64,000 bases of DNA, taken from the NCBI GenBank assembly GCA_018780035.1, contig JADMKE010000047.1:7823-71822 (forward strand). Direction: 5' to 3'. Position 1 is the first letter of the stretch. Every line of letters starts with the position of its first letter. The notes beneath the pieces are model-generated. The model was not told the DNA's origin, searched no databases, and worked only from the letters and a program-made list of their open reading frames with translations. Positions 1 through 8,774 of the stretch are shown piece after piece. Position numbers and translations under genes: made by a program. This DNA comes from Candidatus Sericytochromatia bacterium. GTDB lineage: Bacteria > Cyanobacteriota > Sericytochromatia > UBA7694.

Positions 1-178
1 CTTGTAACAAAGAAAAATCTACATCAATTAATTTCTTAACATCAAACCCTCCTATTTCAGGGTTCCCCAAAACTCGCTCCATAGCAGAAACATCATTAGC
101 AACTGAATTCAATTTATTCAAGCCAAACTGACTGTGTTTAAAAGTTCCAATTCCAATTAACAGAGCTTGTTTACTCAT
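1..178 (-). CDS. caspase-family (peptidase C14-like) protein, N-terminal 59 codons only; the gene runs off the left window edge
   Basis: Not in the ORF track because there is no stop in the window. The reverse-strand ATG at 178..176 gives MSKQALLIGIGTFKHSQFGLNKLNSVANDVSAMERVLGNPEIGGFDVKKLIDVDFSLLQ. The K-x-ALLIGIG ... ND ... GF-x-V-x-x-L pattern is the usual start of bacterial caspase/metacaspase p20-like domains. It lies 10 nt downstream of the EACC1-like ORF, on the same strand, in the same AT-rich composition. Confidence 0.55.
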   Translation of the reverse strand, partial: MSKQALLIGIGTFKHSQFGLNKLNSVANDVSAMERVLGNPEIGGFDVKKLIDVDFSLLQ

Positions 179-188
179 AAGCTATTTT

Positions 189-557
189 CTAAGAGGATAA
201 GTCTTGAACTGCTTGGATTGCTACAGCAAACTCTTCTCTAGAACTTGCTTTTATTTTAATTTTTTTTCCGTTTACTTCTAACTCGATTTCAATAGGTTGA
301 TTTGAAAGTCTATCTGACAAGAAGTTTAGTAATCGCTTTATGTTAACAAAACTTACCTCCGCAGTGACTACCCCAATCAAAAAGCTTCCAATAGATTTAT
401 TTCCTTCAGGCGGATGTTGATCGACTACTCGATTAACCGATTCAACTTCTTCCGAAGATTTCAAAAGTCTTGTAAGCTTTTGTGTCGCAGATTCTAGTTC
501 TTCTGAATCCAAATCAGGATTCAATAATTTAATTGTTAATACTAAATTTGAGCTCAT
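189..557 (-). CDS. small EACC1-like (effector-associated constant component) protein
   Basis: 122-aa ORF. It has an N-terminal acidic helix (DLDSEELESATQKLTRLL), a central PPEGNKSIGSFLIGVV segment and a C-terminal IEIELEVNGKKIKIKASS segment. The layout and its position directly upstream of a caspase-like gene match my recollection of EACC1 proteins in NTPase-based conflict systems. Not verified by search. Confidence 0.45.
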   Translation of the reverse strand: MSSNLVLTIKLLNPDLDSEELESATQKLTRLLKSSEEVESVNRVVDQHPPEGNKSIGSFLIGVVTAEVSFVNIKRLLNFLSDRLSNQPIEIELEVNGKKIKIKASSREEFAVAIQAVQDLSS

Positions 558-640
558 TTCAAATACTTACCTCTACCCTAAGAATCAATAGCATATCTAT
601 AATTGACCAACCGCAAATAAACATTCATTTTCAATCAAAC

Positions 641-816
641 AGTCTATCTTGACCTTTCTATCAAATTTTAGATACAGATCGTGCCCAGTCGAACTGTGTT
701 TTACCTTACTCAATGCGATGAATGTCTAGTTAAAACCAAATATTCCTCTCTTTAACCTCATTTATCCCATTTTTTCCCCAAATTTCCGACTATCCTGCAA
801 AAGGTCAAGATAGCCT
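641..816. repeat. 17-bp inverted repeat pair (16/17 match) separated by 142 bp
   Basis: AGTCTATCTTGACCTTT at 641..657 and AAAGGTCAAGATAGCCT at 800..816. The reverse complement of the first arm is AAAGGTCAAGATAGACT. The pair lies in the 580-bp AT-rich spacer upstream of the EACC1-like gene. Confidence 0.6.
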
Positions 817-1091
817 TGACAGACTAACTTCCCATAGTCGCAAAACGGCCTTTCAGGATAACACGCAAATCTGAAGCTTAGCCCAACAGCAAATCACACC
901 CCAAAGCACAAACCCCTGATCTGGATATCAACACCCAGTACACCAAAACTTCCCCATCATACAAAAAGAATCCAAAAATGGCAAGATCCCCCTCTCTCAG
1001 CTTCTATTCTTCACAAAAATCCCCTATCCCTCCCCAAAAACACAATTCCTTTAAAAACCCTTCACAAATTAAGATTAATTTAAGCCCATGC

Positions 1092-1123
1092 AAAAAGCCC
1101 CCGACATCTGCCGGGGGCTTTTA
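1092..1123 (-). terminator. rho-independent terminator (usable in both directions)
   Basis: GCCCCCG (1097..1103) pairs with CGGGGGC (1112..1118) around an 8-nt loop. The stem is flanked by an A-run and a T-run. On the minus strand it is followed by TTTTT, 15 nt after the stop of ORF 1139..1711. Confidence 0.7.
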
Positions 1124-1138
1124 AGTGAGAAATTTAGC

Positions 1139-1711
1139 TTATTTTTTCTGCAGGTTTTCGAGGGTTTTGTCGTAGATCCGGCCTGCGCGGACAGATTCAG
1201 CGGCGCCACCAGCGACAGCTCCGACGGCATCCCAGCCATCTTCAGCGGTCAAAAGGCCGAGCACAGCCGAGCCCACGCCCAAGCGGGTCATGGCAGAGGA
1301 TTTATCTGGAGCGCTGCCCACCACAGTGCCCACAGCCAGGGCGTCGACGGCAGAGATGCCAGCGCCAGCAGCGGCGGTGTAATGCATAAAACGGGCACCG
1401 ACTTTGGCGCCTTCGACAGCAAATTTACCAGCGTTGCCAGAGAAGAGCCCGATAAAGCCGCCAAACACAGCGCCTGCAGCGGGAGCGGCCAAAGCGCCAC
1501 CGATGGTGTAAGGGATAATGGTGGATTTAAAGGTGGTGGCAATTGCGGTTTTGACACGATCAGAGGTGGGAACGTTTTTCCATTCCAGATTGTCTTTTTG
1601 AATGCCTGCGGTTTTGGGAGCTTCCTGGGCGGGAGCGGCAGGAGCGGGGGCTGCTTTGGGAGCGGAGACGGGGGTCAGAACCTGATTGGATTGGACGGAT
1701 AAGTTACCCAT
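1139..1711 (-). CDS. hypothetical Gly/Ala-rich membrane protein
   Basis: 190 aa. AAGGAA lies about 9 nt upstream of ATG 1711, and the terminator follows the stop. A Pro/Ala-rich N-terminus is followed by glycine-zipper-like hydrophobic stretches (GGALAAPAAGAVFGGFIGLF, GVGSAVLGLL). Preferred over the antisense ORF 1088..1702. Confidence 0.6.
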   Translation of the reverse strand: MGNLSVQSNQVLTPVSAPKAAPAPAAPAQEAPKTAGIQKDNLEWKNVPTSDRVKTAIATTFKSTIIPYTIGGALAAPAAGAVFGGFIGLFSGNAGKFAVEGAKVGARFMHYTAAAGAGISAVDALAVGTVVGSAPDKSSAMTRLGVGSAVLGLLTAEDGWDAVGAVAGGAAESVRAGRIYDKTLENLQKK

Positions 1712-1786
1712 TTTGAATGATTCCTTTTAACACTATTGAGATACTCCTCTTATCCGGGCAAATGCCCCCGATCATTCTTGTCTTTT

Positions 1787-1799
1787 GGTTAAGATAGAG
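1787..1799 (-). promoter_or_regulatory. candidate promoter core (TTAACT-N17-TATCTT on the minus strand) within a 13-mer shared with 8727..8739
   Basis: The plus strand reads GGTTAAGATAGAG. The minus strand reads CTCTATCTTAACC, which contains a -10-like TATCTT with TTAACT 17 nt upstream. It lies about 80 nt upstream of ATG 1711. Confidence 0.3.
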
Positions 1800-1823
1800 A
1801 TAAAAAATGTTAAAGTTAAAGGC

Positions 1824-2306
1824 TTATTTTTGCGCCAAGATCCACTTTAAAACGTCTTGATCGTGGCTTTTGGTGGTCACTTTGGCCATAATATGCACCA
1901 AGATCCCTTCGGGGTTGATCACAAAGGTCGTGCGGTGAATGCCATCAAATTCCCGGCCCATGAATTTTTTCAGGCCCCAGACCCCATATTGCTCGGCCAC
2001 GACATGTTCGGGATCCGAGAGCAATGTGAAGTTGATATTTTCTTTGGCTTCAAACTTTTTCAGGCGGGCCACCGAGTCGGGGCTGATGCCCAACACGGCG
2101 ATATTTTCGGCCGCGTAAGCCGCTTGGCTGTCGCGCAGCCCACAGGCCTGAACCGTACAGCCGGGGGTCATGGCTTTGGGGTAAAAATACAGCACCACAG
2201 TTTTGCCGCGCAGGTCGGACAGTGCGACAGTCTTGCCGTTTTGGTCAAAGAGGCTGAATTCTGGGGCTGCTTGATGAAGGGTTGGGAGGATTCTTGAATT
2301 TGACAT
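1824..2306 (-). CDS. bcp: thioredoxin-dependent thiol peroxidase (Bcp / peroxiredoxin Q)
   Basis: 160 aa. FYPKAMTPGCTVQAC contains the peroxidatic Cys in TPGC and a second Cys five residues later. The whole length shows an AhpC/TSA-type pattern. Confidence 0.9.
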   Translation of the reverse strand: MSNSRILPTLHQAAPEFSLFDQNGKTVALSDLRGKTVVLYFYPKAMTPGCTVQACGLRDSQAAYAAENIAVLGISPDSVARLKKFEAKENINFTLLSDPEHVVAEQYGVWGLKKFMGREFDGIHRTTFVINPEGILVHIMAKVTTKSHDQDVLKWILAQK

Positions 2307-2328
2307 GGGCTTCAGCTTTCTGCGTGTT

Positions 2329-2344
2329 GATAGTCTATACTATC
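2329..2344. promoter_or_regulatory. palindrome GATAGT-N4-ACTATC upstream of bcp (candidate operator)
   Basis: GATAGTCTATACTATC lies 23-38 nt upstream of the bcp ATG (2306). Its right end overlaps the stop codon of the methyltransferase gene by 2 nt (2343..2344). Confidence 0.3.
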
Positions 2345-3143
2345 ACGCCGGGCGCGTCCCCAAAATAACCGGCTGATAATACCCATCGCGAAATTGTTGT
2401 ACCTGTTTAAAACCCGCTTGCACCATCAAATCACAGAGTTTGCCCAGGCCCACGGCATAATATTGCGTCGACATGACTGATGTAGTCAAGTCCTCTGAGC
2501 CTGTACTGGTGTCTGTGCCTGTGCCTGTACCTGAGCCAGAGCCTGTGCCTGCGTCTTTGACAAAATACATCTTCAGATCATAAATCTCGCCTTTAAATTC
2601 CCAGGTCTGAAAGAGCACATAGCGCACACCCTCGACCACCCGCACGCCGTAGGGTTTAACCTGAATGCCTTCCCGGCTTTCACGCTCATAATCCCGCACC
2701 GTGATCAGGCAGCCCCCACCGGGTTTGAGCTTGGCATAAAAAGCTTCAAAGGCCATCAAGATCTCAGCGTCGCATAGTAAATGGGGCACGGAGTTATCGC
2801 AGGCGATCAGCAGATCAAAGCGCTGGGCCTGGGCGGGGTTGGCCTCGCGCATATCTGCCACTTCAAAGGCAATCTCCAGCCCCCGTGCTGCCGCTTCGCT
2901 GCGGGCGCGGGCAATCGCACCGGGAGAGAGGTCGGAGGCGGTCAGGGTATATCCCAATTGGGCCAGCCCCAAAGTCTGTGTGCCAATCCCACAGGCCACG
3001 TCGAGGATCTCTTCGACGCGGCCTGGCCAATGGCTTTGAATCAGGCCATGTAGGCTCTGGGCCTGGCGCTTGATGCTGGCCTCCCAATCTGGAAAGATCA
3101 GGTGGTAATAAGGGGAGAATTGGTCGTAAAAAGCTTGGTTCAT
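2343..3143 (-). CDS. class I SAM-dependent methyltransferase with a low-complexity Gly/Ser/Thr insertion
   Basis: SAM motif I ILDVACGIGTQT, followed by an acidic SDLS loop. The start is taken at ATG 3143, because the ORF-track start at 3179 is a TTG that overlaps the vWA stop. Confidence 0.8.
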   Translation of the reverse strand: MNQAFYDQFSPYYHLIFPDWEASIKRQAQSLHGLIQSHWPGRVEEILDVACGIGTQTLGLAQLGYTLTASDLSPGAIARARSEAAARGLEIAFEVADMREANPAQAQRFDLLIACDNSVPHLLCDAEILMAFEAFYAKLKPGGGCLITVRDYERESREGIQVKPYGVRVVEGVRYVLFQTWEFKGEIYDLKMYFVKDAGTGSGSGTGTGTDTSTGSEDLTTSVMSTQYYAVGLGKLCDLMVQAGFKQVQQFRDGYYQPVILGTRPA

Positions 3144-3175
3144 ACAACGATTATACGTGTTGTGCTCGGCCCATT

Positions 3176-4696
3176 TCAACTCCGTTTGGACTGACTGGCT
3201 TGGTCGATCAACTTTAACAATTCGGCTTTGTACCCCTCTGGGTCTGTGCCCAAAGCGGACGTTACCAAACTTTTGAGTTGCTCAAAATTGGCATGGCCTT
3301 TGTAAGGCGACTCCCTTAAGAGCAGGCCAAACCCGGCCACCCCTGCCGCGAGCCGAAAATTGTCGGAGGTCTTTTCCATGGGCTGCCACTGGCTGAAAAC
3401 CGACTCTTGTATGAGCTGACTTTGGGATTGTCCGGGTTTTTTGAATCGCAACGAAATCTTGAAGAGTTCCTGTGTGCCGGTGTTGGCCTGTGATGCCGTC
3501 GGTTCAATTTCGTAAAGGGCCGTCATGGTTTGACCTGCCCCAATTTCACCCGCATCTTTTTGATCATTGGCAAAATCTTGATTGGGCATCACTCTGTTTT
3601 CGTAGCCAATCAAGCGATAAGAGGCGACTTTTTGGGGATTAAAAGCCAATTGCAATTTGACATCCTGGGCCACCGTCAGCAAGGTACCGGCCATTTCATG
3701 GACCAAAACTTTGCGGGCCTCGTTGAGATTGTCAATATACGCGTAATTCCCGTTGCCTTTATTGGCCAATTGTTCAAGTTTTGAATCTTTGTAATTGCCC
3801 ATTCCAAATCCGAGCACTGTTAAAAAGATCCCTTTTTTGCGTTTTTCTTCGATCAAGGTGACCATCTCTTGATCAGAAGAAAGACCCACATTAAAATCTC
3901 CATCAGTGGCCAAAATGACCCGGTTATTGCCCTCGGGAATAAATTGCTGATGCGCCAATTCATAGGCTTTTTCGATACCCTCTCCACCAGCGGTTGAACC
4001 GCCTGCTTCAAGGCGATCTAGGGATGATTGAATGCGAGCCCTTTGATCGCCAGGGGTGGGCCCCAGTACGATGCCTGCTGCCCCAGCATAGACCACGATG
4101 GATACCCGATCTTGGGAACGCAGAGATTTTAACAGCAGGGCCAAGGAGCGTTTGAGTAAGGGCAGCTTATTTTCGTCACTCATTGAACCCGAGACATCCA
4201 GTAAAAAGACCAAATTGCTGGGGGGCATGGCCTCGGCTGCGATGTGCGGAGCTTGAAGGCCCAAATGCAAGAGCTGGTGTTTGGGATTCCAAGGGCATTC
4301 CGACAGCTCAGTCGTCCAGGCCAGCGGTGATGACCCTTCTGGCGCGGGGTATTGATACGGGAAATAATTGATCAGCTCTTCGGTGCGAATGGCGTCTTTG
4401 GGGGGCCATTGGCCAGCTTCTAGAAAGCGCCGCATATTGCTGTAAGAGGCTGTATCCACATCCAGCGCAAAAGTGGACAGTGGTTGCTTTTGGGGGGTTG
4501 CAAAGGGGCTTTCTTCAATCGCCTGATAACTTTCGGTGGGAACTTCGGTGTATTTGGGAATGTAATTGTACAATTGGGCCCTGCGACTGCTGGACTTGGC
4601 CCGGTCTTGTGCACCAATAAAGTTTGGCAAAGAAATTGCAATTAATAAAACAATAAAAATAGCAGCAAAAAGAGAATACATGATAAATTTTATCAT
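3176..4696 (-). CDS. von Willebrand factor type A domain protein (YfbK-like), membrane anchored
   Basis: 506 aa with an N-terminal TM helix. It has a DVDTASYSNMRRFL...TEELINYF segment, the MIDAS motif LLDVSGSMS, and a long C-terminal domain as in vWA/DUF3520-type proteins. Confidence 0.85.
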   Translation of the reverse strand: MIKFIMYSLFAAIFIVLLIAISLPNFIGAQDRAKSSSRRAQLYNYIPKYTEVPTESYQAIEESPFATPQKQPLSTFALDVDTASYSNMRRFLEAGQWPPKDAIRTEELINYFPYQYPAPEGSSPLAWTTELSECPWNPKHQLLHLGLQAPHIAAEAMPPSNLVFLLDVSGSMSDENKLPLLKRSLALLLKSLRSQDRVSIVVYAGAAGIVLGPTPGDQRARIQSSLDRLEAGGSTAGGEGIEKAYELAHQQFIPEGNNRVILATDGDFNVGLSSDQEMVTLIEEKRKKGIFLTVLGFGMGNYKDSKLEQLANKGNGNYAYIDNLNEARKVLVHEMAGTLLTVAQDVKLQLAFNPQKVASYRLIGYENRVMPNQDFANDQKDAGEIGAGQTMTALYEIEPTASQANTGTQELFKISLRFKKPGQSQSQLIQESVFSQWQPMEKTSDNFRLAAGVAGFGLLLRESPYKGHANFEQLKSLVTSALGTDPEGYKAELLKLIDQASQSKRS

Positions 4697-4783
4697 GACT
4701 AAAATTACCCTTTATTTTATTTTATTTTGGATGTAAATTGCAATTCATTTCCAGTGATTCTATATTCCCGATTGAGATCAGTT

Positions 4784-5575
4784 TCAAACCAATGGGGCTT
4801 GATGCTCTTTGACATGCGACATGATCAGATTGCGCACCATTTCAGCCGTCTCTTCGACACTGAGTTGGGCAAAGTCGGCGTAGGGAATGGGGTCGAGCAC
4901 CTGCAGGGTAATGTCATGAAAACCCTGGATGTTTAGGCTCTTTTTGGGCAGGGCGTCTTTATTGCCATTGATCACCAGCGGCTGAATCGGCACCTGCATT
5001 TCGTGGGCCAAAACAAAGGCACCGGGTTTAAAGTCTTTGAGCAGGCCTGTGGCCGAGCGGGTGCCTTCGGGAAAGAGATAAACAGCGGTGCCGATATTTA
5101 AGGCCTTTTTGCAGGCCTCCAGCATCGTGCGGCCACTTTCGCGGTCGCCGCGCACGAGCGGAATGTACCCGTTGAGGTACATATTCCAGCCAATCAAGGG
5201 CATTTTAAAATTTTCAATCTTCGAGACCCATTTAAACGGAAAAAACAGCCCAAAGATCACGAGGATATCCAAAAGCGATTGGTGGTTCGAAACCATCACC
5301 ATCGGCCGGTCGATCAACTTCTCCCTGCCTGATATCTTTACTGACCAGGGCGGCATAATCCAGAGATACATTTGGGCCCAGAGGCACGAGTACTGGTGCA
5401 GCAGCAGCAAACGCCGATCCCACCAAAAGGTCAGCAGCCAGATCAGCAGCGCCAAACAAAAACAAACGACCGAGGAGAGAATCAGGTAGCTTAAAAACAG
5501 GGCTGAGAGAATTTGACTCTGCACCGGCCTAAACGCCAGTTGAGCCGTAGCCCCCAGCGCCGCGCACAGTTTCAC
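4784..5575 (-). CDS. plsC: 1-acyl-sn-glycerol-3-phosphate acyltransferase
   Basis: HX4D motif NHQSLLD, FPEGTRS motif and an N-terminal TM segment. The longest ORF overlaps dut by 47 nt. A GTG at 5524, 4 nt past the dut stop, is an alternative start. Confidence 0.85.
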   Translation of the reverse strand: MKLCAALGATAQLAFRPVQSQILSALFLSYLILSSVVCFCLALLIWLLTFWWDRRLLLLHQYSCLWAQMYLWIMPPWSVKISGREKLIDRPMVMVSNHQSLLDILVIFGLFFPFKWVSKIENFKMPLIGWNMYLNGYIPLVRGDRESGRTMLEACKKALNIGTAVYLFPEGTRSATGLLKDFKPGAFVLAHEMQVPIQPLVINGNKDALPKKSLNIQGFHDITLQVLDPIPYADFAQLSVEETAEMVRNLIMSHVKEHQAPLV

Positions 5576-5990
5576 TTAAACTCTCGCGCTCGTCCCAGCG
5601 CACACGGGTATACGGTGCAATCACCATCTGGGCGATGCGCATATGGCGGGTGACTTCAAAGGGGTCGCTGCCGTGGTTGATCAGAATCACGGCGATTTCG
5701 CCCCGGTAATCCGCATCGATCGTGCCAGGGCTGTTTAAGACGGTCAGGCCATGTTTGAGCGCCAAACCACTGCGGGGACGCACCTGGGCCTCAAAACCAT
5801 GGGGCAGAGCGATGGCCAATCCGGTTGGCACCAGCGTATACGCGCCAGGGGCAATTACAATCGGCTCACGCAGCGCTGCGTGTAAATCCATGCCCGCAGA
5901 ATCGGGGGTTTGGTAAGCGGGCATCGCCACAGGATCGGGTCCAAGCCCGCCATTGACGCGAATAATACTGACTATCTGTGTTTCTTCCAT
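5529..5990 (-). CDS. dut: dUTP diphosphatase
   Basis: Motifs [26 protein letters not shown] and [10 protein letters not shown]. The start is ATG 5990, preceded by GGAG; the ORF-track extension to 6056 overlaps the upstream gene. Confidence 0.9.
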   Translation of the reverse strand: MEETQIVSIIRVNGGLGPDPVAMPAYQTPDSAGMDLHAALREPIVIAPGAYTLVPTGLAIALPHGFEAQVRPRSGLALKHGLTVLNSPGTIDADYRGEIAVILINHGSDPFEVTRHMRIAQMVIAPYTRVRWDERESLSETVRGAGGYGSTGV

Positions 5991-6012
5991 CTTTTTCTCC
6001 AGTTGCAATCGG

Positions 6013-6888
6013 TTAAGCCATAATAACAGATATTTCACCCAGGATATACGCAGCAATGGCCTCGGGTCGGCAAGTGAGCTGGTAATTGTCCAGGGTCTGT
6101 TTGTGCATATCTGCCATCAGGGCGGGGTCTTGCCAGATTTGGCTGAGCACAGGGCCCAGATTGTGCCAATCGGGTGGCATCACCACCCGTGGGCAATCGC
6201 GCAAATACCAAGCTGGGGGCAGGTCTTCGCAGAGCAGCAGACAGCCGGCCCGCATGGCCTCAAACAGGCGGTAGGTCATGGCACTGTGGCCTCGGGGAAT
6301 CAAAGCCACTTTGCTGCGGGATAAATAAGCGGCATACGTGTTGGGGTCGAGTCCTGCGCGAAAGCGGCTGCTCCAGACGGCCAGGGCGGAGAGTTCTGCC
6401 CCACCAGGCCTAAAATGTAACAGCACGTCTTGCAGAGCCTGGTAAAACCCCCTGCGGTATTTGTGGGCATGGCCGCTGTAAAAGAGGTCCAGATCGCGCT
6501 CGGCCCAGGGCACAGGGGGGACTTCGGGCACCTCGCCATTGCAGCCCAAGGGCAGTGCGCGTAAATTTGGGGCAGGTTGGCTGGGCCACCAATAGGGGGT
6601 AAAGAGCATTCCCAGCTCGGAAATATATGTCGGGATGCGAAAATCTTCGTTGCTAAAATACAGCATGATCGTCTTGCGGTTCAAAGGGGTTTGAAACTGC
6701 TCGGGCCGATCGGCATAGATGTGGCCGAGCACCCAATTAAAATGGGCGAATAAGGGGCTTTGTTGCAAAACCCCAAACACCGCTTTCAGCCAGGGCAATT
6801 CGCTGTAGACCGGCGGCAGGGTTATTTCCACATTGGGCAGTGCCGCCAGCCAATTCCGCTCTGCCGAAAAATCCGGAAAGCGCTTCAT
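6013..6888 (-). CDS. exostosin-like (GT47-like) glycosyltransferase domain protein
   Basis: 291 aa. The C-terminal segment [28 protein letters not shown] resembles the conserved exostosin motif (S-x-FCL-x-P-x-G ... R-x-x-E-A-x-x-x-GC). Family call from memory only. Confidence 0.5.
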   Translation of the reverse strand: MKRFPDFSAERNWLAALPNVEITLPPVYSELPWLKAVFGVLQQSPLFAHFNWVLGHIYADRPEQFQTPLNRKTIMLYFSNEDFRIPTYISELGMLFTPYWWPSQPAPNLRALPLGCNGEVPEVPPVPWAERDLDLFYSGHAHKYRRGFYQALQDVLLHFRPGGAELSALAVWSSRFRAGLDPNTYAAYLSRSKVALIPRGHSAMTYRLFEAMRAGCLLLCEDLPPAWYLRDCPRVVMPPDWHNLGPVLSQIWQDPALMADMHKQTLDNYQLTCRPEAIAAYILGEISVIMA

Positions 6889-6891
6889 GGT

Positions 6892-8634
6892 TTAAGCGGG
6901 GCGTTTTTCGACCTGCTGGATCCAGTCATGCACCTGGGTCTGCATTTGGGCCAGCGGAATCGAGCCTTCGCTCAGCAAGACATCGTGAAAGTCGCTCAGG
7001 CAGAATCTGTCTCCCAGGCGGGCTTCAGCTTCGCGGCGCAGCTTCCAAATCGCCAGATCGCCGACTTTGTAAGACAGCGCTTGGCCGGGCAGCACCAAAT
7101 AGCGGTCGATTTCAGACCAGGTATCGTGGGCGGAATTGGCCGTGTATTGGGTCATAAAGGCGAAGGCCTGTTCGCGGGTCCAGCGTTTGGCATGTAAACC
7201 CGTATCCACGACCAAGCGGCAGGCCCGCCAGATCTCAAAGCTCAAAGCGCCATAATGGTCAAAGGGGTCTGCATAAAAGCCCATTTCGTGGCCCAGGCTC
7301 TCGGTATACAAGGCCCAGCCCTCGATAAACGCGGTGCAGTCGAGGTGGTAGCGAAAATCTGGCAGGTTTTCGATCTCTTGGGCCAATGCCAATTGCAAAT
7401 GGTGGCCGGGCACGGCTTCGTGCAGGGAGAGCGCCGCCATGGTGTATTTGGGCCGCGAGGGCAGGTCGTGGGTGTTCACGTAATAGACGCCGGGGCGGGA
7501 GCGGTCCATCGGCGGGGGGTAATAATACGCTTGGGGGGCTGCAGCGGCCCGGTAGTCTTCGATCTCTTTTAAGACACAGGGTGAAACTGGCAATTTGCCA
7601 AACAGGGTGGGCATCAGGGCCTGGGCCTTTTCCAAAAAGGCCTGGTAGTCGGCCATCATCACGGCTTTGTCGGTGTAATAAAAGCGCGGATCACTGCGCA
7701 AAAAGGCATGAAAGCCTTCAGCGTCGTCGGCATCAAAGCCACATTTAACGCGCACCTGGGCCATTTCTTTGGAGATCCGTTTGACCTCGTCGAGGCCCAT
7801 TTGGTGGATCTCGTCGGCACTTAAACCGGGATAGGTGTATTTGTCGATCAGGTATTGGTAACGCGCCACGCCGTCGGGCAGGGCCCAAATGCCGGGCCCC
7901 TCGTGGCAAAAGGGGACGTATTCGTCTTTGACAAAATCGTAGAGTTTTTGGTAATGGGGACGAATCACACTTTCAATGATTGTGCGAATGACTTCGCGCA
8001 CCTTGGCCTGAACCGGCTCGGAGAGCTGGCTGGCGTTGACTTTAAAGGGCTGGTAGAGCGGCATTTCTTCCAGCGGCAATTCTTTAAAATGGGCCAATTG
8101 CTCAAGCGTATGCCCAATCACGGCCTTGGGCAAGAGAATCCCGTGGCGCAGGCCAATGCGCAAATTGCCGATCGTGTCGTCGGCCTGTTTGGCAAAGTCG
8201 CGCAGGCGGGCAAAATAGCGTTCGTATTGATCGAAGGTGCTCAGGGGCTGAATTTCGACCAATTGTGGAAAGGTCAGGTGAATGCCCTCTTGCTGGTCGA
8301 TTTGCAAATAATGGCTGCCAAATTCATAGGCCTGAATTTCTTGTTTGAGCATCAGTTCAAACAGATCGTAATGGGTCTGGTCGGCTTTTTCGAGCACCTC
8401 GCGGTCGAGGGCCTGCAGATCGAGCAAAAACTGGCGGTTTTTTTGATTCCGGCTGGCGGCAGCTTCTTCGGAGAGATCGGTGAGCTGGTCGTCGAAGCGG
8501 TGATCGCCGTCGTAGGTCGCCCATTCAGGATAATTGCGGCGTTTGAACTCGTGTTGTTGTTTAAACAGGGCCCAGAGTTCGTTGTGGACGCGAATGCGTT
8601 CTGGGAGGGTGGTCGAGGGGCGATTCATAGACAT
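6892..8634 (-). CDS. DUF885 family protein (cytoplasmic paralogue)
   Basis: HEAVPGHHLQ metal-site-like motif, with the DUF885-type pattern over the full length. No signal peptide. Start ATG 8634 or 8628, preceded by GAAGG; the ORF-track start at 8658 is GTG. Confidence 0.8.
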   Translation of the reverse strand: MSMNRPSTTLPERIRVHNELWALFKQQHEFKRRNYPEWATYDGDHRFDDQLTDLSEEAAASRNQKNRQFLLDLQALDREVLEKADQTHYDLFELMLKQEIQAYEFGSHYLQIDQQEGIHLTFPQLVEIQPLSTFDQYERYFARLRDFAKQADDTIGNLRIGLRHGILLPKAVIGHTLEQLAHFKELPLEEMPLYQPFKVNASQLSEPVQAKVREVIRTIIESVIRPHYQKLYDFVKDEYVPFCHEGPGIWALPDGVARYQYLIDKYTYPGLSADEIHQMGLDEVKRISKEMAQVRVKCGFDADDAEGFHAFLRSDPRFYYTDKAVMMADYQAFLEKAQALMPTLFGKLPVSPCVLKEIEDYRAAAAPQAYYYPPPMDRSRPGVYYVNTHDLPSRPKYTMAALSLHEAVPGHHLQLALAQEIENLPDFRYHLDCTAFIEGWALYTESLGHEMGFYADPFDHYGALSFEIWRACRLVVDTGLHAKRWTREQAFAFMTQYTANSAHDTWSEIDRYLVLPGQALSYKVGDLAIWKLRREAEARLGDRFCLSDFHDVLLSEGSIPLAQMQTQVHDWIQQVEKRPA

Positions 8635-8726
8635 ACCTTCAGGCTTTGATGCCCTCACCTTACATCAAAGCCTTGAACATGCAAAGCAGAATCGTGGCAG
8701 ATGTACCAGCATCGTCTGCGGGGCTG

Positions 8727-8739
8727 GGTTAAGATAGAG
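8727..8739 (-). promoter_or_regulatory. candidate promoter core (TTGAGT-N16-TATCTT on the minus strand) within a 13-mer shared with 1787..1799
   Basis: The same 13-mer, GGTTAAGATAGAG, lies about 95 nt upstream of the DUF885 start. Confidence 0.3.
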
Positions 8740-8774
8740 GAGAAATACATTCACTCAACGAAAGAAATGCCGCC

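Noticed and set aside
1088-1702. 204-aa plus-strand ORF
   Set aside because: It lies exactly antisense to ORF 1139..1711, which has an RBS-like AAGGAA, a downstream terminator in the right orientation and membrane-protein-like sequence. The plus-strand product is Gly/Ser/Ala junk typical of a shadow frame.
7855-8649. 264-aa plus-strand ORF
   Set aside because: It lies entirely inside, and antisense to, the DUF885 gene, whose HEAVPGHH motif and paralogue support the minus strand.
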